Positions 17,834-23,267 of a stretch of 23,267 bases of DNA are shown here, piece by piece. The notes beneath the pieces are model-generated. The model saw only the letters and a list, made by a program, of their open reading frames with translations, was not told where the DNA came from and ran no database searches. The stretch spans positions 1 through 23,267 of the forward strand of contig CAXGMD010000054.1 in the NCBI GenBank assembly GCA_964010765.1. The letters are read 5' to 3'. Each line of letters begins with the position of its first letter. The first letter of the stretch is position 1. The stretch comes from an uncultured bacterium (GTDB taxonomy: Bacteria; SAR324; NAC60-12). Position numbers and translations under genes: made by a program.

Positions 17834-18270
17834 CAACGGACTTAAAAGCCCAGTTAGTTGCCCAGTACAAGCAGATTCTCTCAGAAATGCTAAGCAATCG
17901 CCCTTCCGGAACCCGACAGCGACTGGCGACAATGCTGCGCAAGAATCGTAGTTTTATCTCCCAGATTTCCAATCCCAGCTACGCCACACCCATCCCGGCT
18001 CGTCATCTGGATATCATCTTCGAAGTTTGCCATTTCTCTGAAAAAGCTCGTCGAGACTTCTTATACTACTACGACCAGGCGCACCCTGGTAGACGTCACA
18101 GTCCAAATTACCAGCACCAGGAGGCGCATCGAGAGGGGCTGCGATTTCGTCGGATGATGTTATACTTACCAGATCTGGGAAGCGATGAAGCCAACAAAGA
18201 ACTCGATGACCTGATCCTGGAAACCGCCCGTCGGTTAAGTCACCTGTTACAGATTTCTGAGCGCTCCTGA
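17830..18270 (+). CDS. Uncharacterised 146-aa protein with a Cro/XRE-like helix-turn-helix pattern; putative regulator
   Basis: GTG start overlaps the ptsI stop (GTGA) with SD GGAGGGG. Segment TRQRLATMLRKNRSFISQISN fits a helix-turn-helix spacing. It fills the gap before dhaK. Confidence 0.75.
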   Translation: MTTDLKAQLVAQYKQILSEMLSNRPSGTRQRLATMLRKNRSFISQISNPSYATPIPARHLDIIFEVCHFSEKARRDFLYYYDQAHPGRRHSPNYQHQEAHREGLRFRRMMLYLPDLGSDEANKELDDLILETARRLSHLLQISERS

Positions 18271-18318
18271 AAGCGTGCTGATCTGTTCCCCATCCTCATT
18301 TCTTCCGTGGGAGAGTTC

Positions 18319-19308
18319 ATGAAAAAATTAATTAACGCTACCGATCAAGTACTTACCGAAAGCCTAAGTGGTTTTGTCTCCGCACATGCCGATTTGCTGG
18401 AGCTCGGTTCCGAGGGAAAATTTGTACGCCGCAAGCAACTCAAGCCTGGAAAGCCAGTCTTGATCTCTGGTGGAGGTTCCGGTCATGAACCTCTGCATGG
18501 TGGTTTTGTGGGGCATGGAATGCTGGATGCCGCCTGTCCTGGACAGGTCTTCACTTCACCGACTCCAGACCAAATGCTGGAAGCAATGCAAGCTACCGAA
18601 AGTGGTGGTGGGGTGCTACTGATCGTCAAGAACTACGAAGGTGACGTGATGAACTTCGAGATGGCTGCCGAGATGGCAGAGTGTGAGGTTACTACGGTAT
18701 TGACTGATGATGACGTAGCTGTGGAAACCTCAACCTATTCAACAGGCCGACGGGGTGTCGCAGGCACCATGATCGTTGAGAAGATCGTTGGCGCTGCAGC
18801 AGAAACAGGGAGAGACTTGGCAGCTTTGAAGGACTTAGGAGATCGTGTCAATCAGCAGACCCGATCAATGGGGGTCGCCCTGACAAGCTGTACGGTTCCA
18901 GCTGCAGGTAGTCCGACCTTCCAGATTGGTGAAAATGAAATGGAGATGGGAGTCGGGATTCATGGTGAGCCAGGAAGAAAAAGAGTTGCTCTTGGTGAAG
19001 CCAAGGACATCGCTGCAGAAATGATTGGAGCCATCCGCAAGGATTTTGGAGACCAAGCCAAGGGCAACGCTATCATGCTGGTCAATGGATTTGGTGGAAC
19101 CCCATTGATGGAACTTTACCTGATGCACCACTGTGTTGAACAGGAGTTGGCGGGAAGTGGAATAACGATTGCCCGCTCACTGGTTGGTAATTATGTGACT
19201 TCTTTGGAAATGGCCGGATGCTCGGTCACACTGAGTCTGGTTGATGATGAATTGCTGGGACTCTGGGATGCACCTGTTCACACAGCAGGACTACGCTGGG
19301 GCATGTAA
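18319..19308 (+). CDS. dhaK: PEP-dependent dihydroxyacetone kinase, substrate-binding subunit
   Basis: MKKLIN, ISGGGSGHEP, GQVFTSPTP, IVKNYEGDVMNF, DDVA, GRRGVAG, GVGIHGEPG (substrate-binding His), NGFGGTP, YVTSLEMAG. ATG at 18319 after GGGAGAG. Confidence 0.96.
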   Translation: MKKLINATDQVLTESLSGFVSAHADLLELGSEGKFVRRKQLKPGKPVLISGGGSGHEPLHGGFVGHGMLDAACPGQVFTSPTPDQMLEAMQATESGGGVLLIVKNYEGDVMNFEMAAEMAECEVTTVLTDDDVAVETSTYSTGRRGVAGTMIVEKIVGAAAETGRDLAALKDLGDRVNQQTRSMGVALTSCTVPAAGSPTFQIGENEMEMGVGIHGEPGRKRVALGEAKDIAAEMIGAIRKDFGDQAKGNAIMLVNGFGGTPLMELYLMHHCVEQELAGSGITIARSLVGNYVTSLEMAGCSVTLSLVDDELLGLWDAPVHTAGLRWGM

Positions 19309-19414
19309 GCAGACCTGATAAGTTTGTGCTCTGGGCAGAGATCGTGTACATCTAAGCGAAAGCGTTAATTATCAGCGTTGATAAATTCTGCAACACTGTT
19401 TCTGATACCCAAGA

Positions 19415-20074
19415 TTGACTTCTACAAGCAAAGCCCAGAGCCTCGGCGAAGAGATCGCCAATAGCATTACCCACGGAATCGGAACAGCCCTAAGCGTCGC
19501 GGCTCTCACGCTGCTAGTCACGTTGGCTTCCCAGCAAGGAGACGCCTGGCAGATTGTCAGTGTTAGTGTTTATGGCAGTTCGCTGATTCTGCTGTACCTT
19601 GCTTCTACTCTCTATCACGGACTACAAAATCAGCGGGCTAAGCGCATCTTCAAGATCCTCGACCACTCGGCGATCTTTCTGCTGATTGCTGGAACCTACA
19701 CACCCTTCCTGCTTGGTAACCTACGCGGCACTTGGGGCTGGAGTCTCTTTGGAGTGATCTGGGGTATGGCTCTGCTGGGGATTGTCTTCAAGATTTTTTT
19801 TGTGGGCAAACTTCCTAAGGCCTCGACGGCCACGTATCTAGTGATGGGCTGGCTCTGCCTAATTGCACTTCCTCAAATGTGGGAGACGATCGAAACAGCT
19901 GGCCTGATCCTGCTCTTTGTGGGCGGGGTTTCTTATAGTGTGGGTGTGGTTTTTTATTCCTGGCGCCGACTCCCCTACCATCACGCCATCTGGCACCTCT
20001 TTGTCCTCGGAGGTAGCACGGCTCATTTCTTTGCTGTACTGCTGAATGTCCTGCCTACTGACGTTTCTGCCTGA
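19415..20074 (+). CDS. trhA: Hemolysin III / PAQR-family membrane protein (TrhA/YqfA-like)
   Basis: EEIANSITHGIG, STLYH, ILDHSAIFLLIAGTYTP, YLVMGW, HAIWHLFVLGG; seven hydrophobic segments. TTG start; an in-frame TGA at 19403-19405 limits any extension. Confidence 0.9.
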   Translation: MTSTSKAQSLGEEIANSITHGIGTALSVAALTLLVTLASQQGDAWQIVSVSVYGSSLILLYLASTLYHGLQNQRAKRIFKILDHSAIFLLIAGTYTPFLLGNLRGTWGWSLFGVIWGMALLGIVFKIFFVGKLPKASTATYLVMGWLCLIALPQMWETIETAGLILLFVGGVSYSVGVVFYSWRRLPYHHAIWHLFVLGGSTAHFFAVLLNVLPTDVSA

Positions 20075-20171
20075 TTTTCAGAATTTAGAATGCAATTGAG
20101 ACGGGTTGTTGCTTGTTGACAAAGGGACTTGATTTATTTGTGGCAGGTTTGCCTTTGGACTCAGTTCAGCT

Positions 20172-20217
20172 ACAACAATATTCATCTCAAAAGGCATTTT
20201 GAGATGAATATTGTTGT
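20172..20217. repeat. Perfect 21-bp inverted repeat with a 4-nt loop
   Basis: ACAACAATATTCATCTCAAAA (20172-20192) - GGCA - TTTTGAGATGAATATTGTTGT (20197-20217); the arms are exact reverse complements. Confidence 0.95.
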
Positions 20218-20249
20218 CTCTGGGAGGAAAATTAATCTTAGATGAGAAT

Positions 20250-20274
20250 AAAAAAAGAACCTATTGCAAATAGG
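20250..20274 (-). terminator. Candidate intrinsic terminator, minus strand
   Basis: Minus strand reads CCTATT-TGC-AATAGG then TTCTTTTTTT. The stem is short and weak. Confidence 0.4.
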
Positions 20275-20302
20275 AGAGTTGAATCGCTTGATAGGTTGCA
20301 GG

Positions 20303-20325
20303 GTAGCAAGTATTTGCTACTTTTT
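20303..20325 (+). terminator. Candidate intrinsic terminator, plus strand
   Basis: GTAGCAA-GTAT-TTGCTAC followed by TTTTT. Confidence 0.5.
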
Positions 20326-20521
20326 GTGGTATGGTGCCGCATGAAGGCTCGCTGAACCATATTTGCTCAGCAGAGCCTTACGAAAGGCGACTAACTCTTT
20401 GGTAGCAAAGTTATTGAACTCACAAGTCAGCTTTATCGATATTATACAGAAAATCACTCACCATAAGTGAGGTTGGGCAATCTTTCTGAATTATATTTGA
20501 GCGTAGACCGTTCAATTAGAA

Positions 20522-20896
20522 TCACGTCCCAACAGGTCCGCCGTTCTCTTTCCAATCAGAAAACCCGCCAACATTGCAGACATTCTTGAAACCCATCTCC
20601 ACAAGAGTGTGCCCTGTTAAAGCGGCCATACCACCAGCACCACATACCAAGACGATCTCGGCATCTTTTTGAAGCTTTTCCTCATGGTAGGGTGTACTTG
20701 AATCAGCAGCAAATTCAATAAATCCTCTTGGTATTTTCAGGGCACCTTGAATAGTACCTGTTTCTTGAATTTCAAGACCGTCTCGCACATCGATAAAAAC
20801 ACTATTTCCGTCGGCATGCTTTTGGATTCCATCAGCAACACTGATTTTTGGTACCACTGCGTTTGCAGCACTCAAAGCAGATTCAGCGGTTTTCAT
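20522..20896 (-). CDS. Single-domain rhodanese-like sulfurtransferase
   Basis: VFIDVRD, GTIQGALKIPRG, active-site loop LVCGAGGMA, LVEMGFKNVCNVGGFSDW. GGAG SD. Confidence 0.9.
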   Translation of the reverse strand: MKTAESALSAANAVVPKISVADGIQKHADGNSVFIDVRDGLEIQETGTIQGALKIPRGFIEFAADSSTPYHEEKLQKDAEIVLVCGAGGMAALTGHTLVEMGFKNVCNVGGFSDWKENGGPVGT

Positions 20897-21186
20897 AAAT
20901 ACTCCATTTTATGTGTTATAGATTGAGACTCTGTACAAAGTTTGTCTTCAGTTTGCTGAATGACTCTTTGCCAATCTCGTTAAAGACAACAAATTAGTTT
21001 TAGACATACCACAAGCCTTGGCAAGCAAATTAGTCAGGGTGTGAAGGCCGACTCAAGTGATTGCAACATAACTCGATCATCCTAGTAATTTTAAGTATGC
21101 AAGCGGAGAATCCACATTAATTATGATAGAGAATTTCGTTCATAATTCGCTGATTTTTTTTAAATGTCAGCAGTGACGCTTTGAGC

Positions 21187-21687
21187 TCAAGAGGTAGCTG
21201 CCAAAGCCGCCTCGTAATCAGGTTGTTGGGCAACTTCGGGTACCAGCTCGGTGTGCTTGACGATGCCGTTTCCATCAATCACTACGATGGCTCGAGCCAT
21301 CAGACCTCGTCGGAAGCTGTCTTTGATGATGACCCCATATTCCTTCCCAAAATCTGGGGAACGGAAGGCTGAGCCAGTTTGTACATTCTCAATATTTTCT
21401 GCGCCGCAGAAGCGAGCTTGTGCTTGGGGCAAATCAACAGACACGCAGAGCACCACCGTATTGTCTTGGTTAGCAGCCTTGACGTTGAAAGTGCGCACGG
21501 ATGTGGCACAAGTTGGAGTATCGATGCTGGGGAAGATATTCAGGATCAGGTTTTTTCCAGCAAAGTCCCCTAGGTTCAGATCACTCAGATCCTGAGCTGC
21601 CAGCATGAAGTCTGGGGCCTTGCTGCCCACTTGCGGCAGCTCACCTTCCGTGTTGACGATCAGTCCTCGCCATGAAATCTCAGCCAT
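21187..21687 (-). CDS. tpx: Thiol peroxidase (atypical 2-Cys peroxiredoxin)
   Basis: VGSKAPDF, FPSIDTPTC (peroxidatic Cys), SVDLPQAQARFCG (resolving Cys), FGKEYGV, MARAIVVID, ELVPEVAQQPDY. Start set at 21687 (166 aa, typical Tpx length) rather than 21735. Confidence 0.94.
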   Translation of the reverse strand: MAEISWRGLIVNTEGELPQVGSKAPDFMLAAQDLSDLNLGDFAGKNLILNIFPSIDTPTCATSVRTFNVKAANQDNTVVLCVSVDLPQAQARFCGAENIENVQTGSAFRSPDFGKEYGVIIKDSFRRGLMARAIVVIDGNGIVKHTELVPEVAQQPDYEAALAATS

Positions 21688-21840
21688 GGATTCGCTCGTT
21701 GGTAAAGAAAAGGTTGGATAGGATGAGCAACTCATCGTTTGCTCACAAGAAAACGGATAACAATAATTAAATCTGCACTTGCAGAGGAATCAAGCTTGAG
21801 GTGTTTGTTAGGACAGAATTTTTAAAGTACTGGAAGAACA

Positions 21841-21867
21841 GCGCTCCCGTGGAATGATTGGGAGCGC
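21841..21867 (-). terminator. GC-rich stem-loop downstream of the aminotransferase gene
   Basis: GCGCTCCC (21841-21848) / GGGAGCGC (21860-21867), 25 nt past the stop, followed on the minus strand by TGTTCTT. Confidence 0.55.
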
Positions 21868-21892
21868 GTCTGTAGGCTAGAAGGAAACAAGT

Positions 21893-23266
21893 TCAGAAGT
21901 GACTGGTTACCGCTTGATGGATGGCTTTGACGATTACGTCAGCTTCTTCTCGGCTGAGGCACAGCGGTGGGGCCATTCCGAGGATGTCTCCCTGGGCCAT
22001 CGCACGGACGATCACCCCATTTTCACGGATCTTGGTGGCCAGTGTTGGTCCGACTTTTTTCGAAGGATCAAAGAACTTCCGCCCGGATTTTTCCTCAACC
22101 AGTTCGACGGCTGCGAGCAAGCCTTCTCCCCGAATTTCCCCAACATTTAGATGATCTCCCAGCGCTGATTTCAGCTCCTTCAACAAATAGGGTCCGACTT
22201 CAGCCGTATTAGCAACGATGTTCATCTCATCAATCAGCTTTAAATTCGCCACTCCAGCTGCTGCACAGATCGGATGGGCGGAGTAGGTCCAGCCGTGTCC
22301 AATCGGTCCGCTTTCGTCGGTACCCTGCATCAGGACATCGTAGACCTTTCCGGAGATGAGGGAACCGGAGAGGGGCAGGTAGGCGCTAGTCACACCCTTG
22401 GCAATTGTCATGAAGTCAGGCTCCAAGCCGTAGAAGGGACTGGCGAACATCGACCCAAGCCGCCCGAAGCCTGTGACTACCTCATCGGCGATCAGCAGGA
22501 TGTCGTGTTGCTTGAGAATGGGCGTGATCGCTTCCCAGTAGCCCTTGGGAGGGGGTACAAGTCCACCGGTGCCCAAAGCGGGTTCGGCGACCATCGCAGC
22601 GATTGTATCGGCACCTTCCTGGGCAATCAGGGCTTCCAATTCCTTGGCACAGTGGGCGCTGAATTCCTCTTCACTCAGATTCTCTAACTCGGCAGGCCGA
22701 CGATAGTAGTAGGGAGCCACAGTGTGCTTGACCATTGGCAAGGGCAGGTCAAACTTCTTGTGGAAGGCATCCAAACCGGTTAGGGAACCGCTCATCAGGC
22801 CGGAACCGTGATAGGCTCGCCAGCGTGAGATGATCTTCTTCTTCTGGGGACGTCCGAGGATATTCTGGTAGTGCCAGGTGAGCTTGATGTTGGTGTCATT
22901 AGCATCGGAACCGGAGACCCCGAAGTAGATCTTACTCATGTGCTTGGGGGCTCGCTCCAGGACCATCTTGGAGAGAGTGATGCTCGCCTCGGTACCATGA
23001 CCAAAATAGGCATGGTAGTAAGCCAGTTTCTGGGCCTGTTCGCTGATCGCATCAATCACGGGTTGGCGTCCGTAGCCGATGTTGACACAGTACAGCCCCG
23101 CAAAGCCATCCAACAACTTATTACCGTTGCTGTCATAGACATAAACCCCTTCGCCACCGGTCATCACGACCTGGGGAGCTTCCTTGCGCACAAATTGACC
23201 GAGATGGGTGTTCGGGTGAAAAAAACTCTCCCGATCCCAGCTTTCGAGTTGTCCCTGTTCAAGCAT
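21893..23266 (-). CDS. doeD: Class III PLP-dependent aminotransferase, DoeD/Atf-like (2,4-diaminobutyrate transaminase of ectoine catabolism)
   Basis: LLDGFAGLYCVNIGYG, SGSDAND, AYHGSG, EPALGTGG, IADEVVTGFGRLG, TIAKG (PLP Lys), GHGWTYSAHP. Class III is secure. The DoeD subgroup is from recalled similarity (WDRESFFHP..HL, YYHAYFGH). The ATG sits at the window edge, so the SD is not visible. Confidence 0.75.
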   Translation of the reverse strand: MLEQGQLESWDRESFFHPNTHLGQFVRKEAPQVVMTGGEGVYVYDSNGNKLLDGFAGLYCVNIGYGRQPVIDAISEQAQKLAYYHAYFGHGTEASITLSKMVLERAPKHMSKIYFGVSGSDANDTNIKLTWHYQNILGRPQKKKIISRWRAYHGSGLMSGSLTGLDAFHKKFDLPLPMVKHTVAPYYYRRPAELENLSEEEFSAHCAKELEALIAQEGADTIAAMVAEPALGTGGLVPPPKGYWEAITPILKQHDILLIADEVVTGFGRLGSMFASPFYGLEPDFMTIAKGVTSAYLPLSGSLISGKVYDVLMQGTDESGPIGHGWTYSAHPICAAAGVANLKLIDEMNIVANTAEVGPYLLKELKSALGDHLNVGEIRGEGLLAAVELVEEKSGRKFFDPSKKVGPTLATKIRENGVIVRAMAQGDILGMAPPLCLSREEADVIVKAIHQAVTSHF

Positions 23267-23267
23267 G

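Noticed and set aside
19415..20074. 'Hemolysin' as a virulence factor
   Set aside because: The hemolysin III/PAQR family is widespread and linked to membrane homeostasis; nothing here supports a toxin role.
20242..20355. 37-codon ORF (MRIKKEPIANRR...) downstream of a GGAGG
   Set aside because: SD-ATG spacing is 14 nt, the ORF runs through a plus-strand terminator-like hairpin, and the hydrophobic stretch is too short for a type I toxin call.
20990..21034. Direct repeat CAAATTAGT at 20990 and 21026
   Set aside because: Two 9-mers in AT-rich DNA are compatible with chance; no third copy.
20075..21186. Possible CRISPR array, tRNA or IS element in the long intergenic regions
   Set aside because: No regularly spaced direct repeats, no cloverleaf, no transposase remnant or terminal repeats with target duplication seen.

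Overview
Gene-dense bacterial chromosomal window with no rRNA, tRNA, CRISPR or transposase recognised. It is roughly 50% GC overall; a marine SAR324/delta-like host is only my impression. Left (minus strand): housekeeping block rarA, purE, purK, ACT-domain malic enzyme, pyrD. Centre (plus strand, 5860-19308): a ~13.5 kb carbohydrate catabolism region. It opens with a metal-dependent TIM-barrel enzyme and a Gfo/Idh/MocA oxidoreductase (probably 3-keto-sugar hydratase/reductase), split by a Zn/Co CDF exporter. Next comes a CUT1 ABC importer with one binding protein, two permeases, an extra 64-aa two-TM protein and two ATPases. This is tightly linked to a self-contained PEP-dependent dihydroxyacetone-kinase relay (dhaL, dhaM/EIIA, HPr, enzyme I, dhaK) with an uncharacterised HTH-like 146-aa gene embedded. 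Right: hemolysin-III/TrhA membrane protein, an AT-rich hairpin-dense intergenic region with a perfect 21-bp inverted repeat, rhodanese, thiol peroxidase (tpx) and a DoeD-like class III aminotransferase. The best candidate for an undescribed system is the ABC + private-PTS Dha-kinase operon with its two orphan components.
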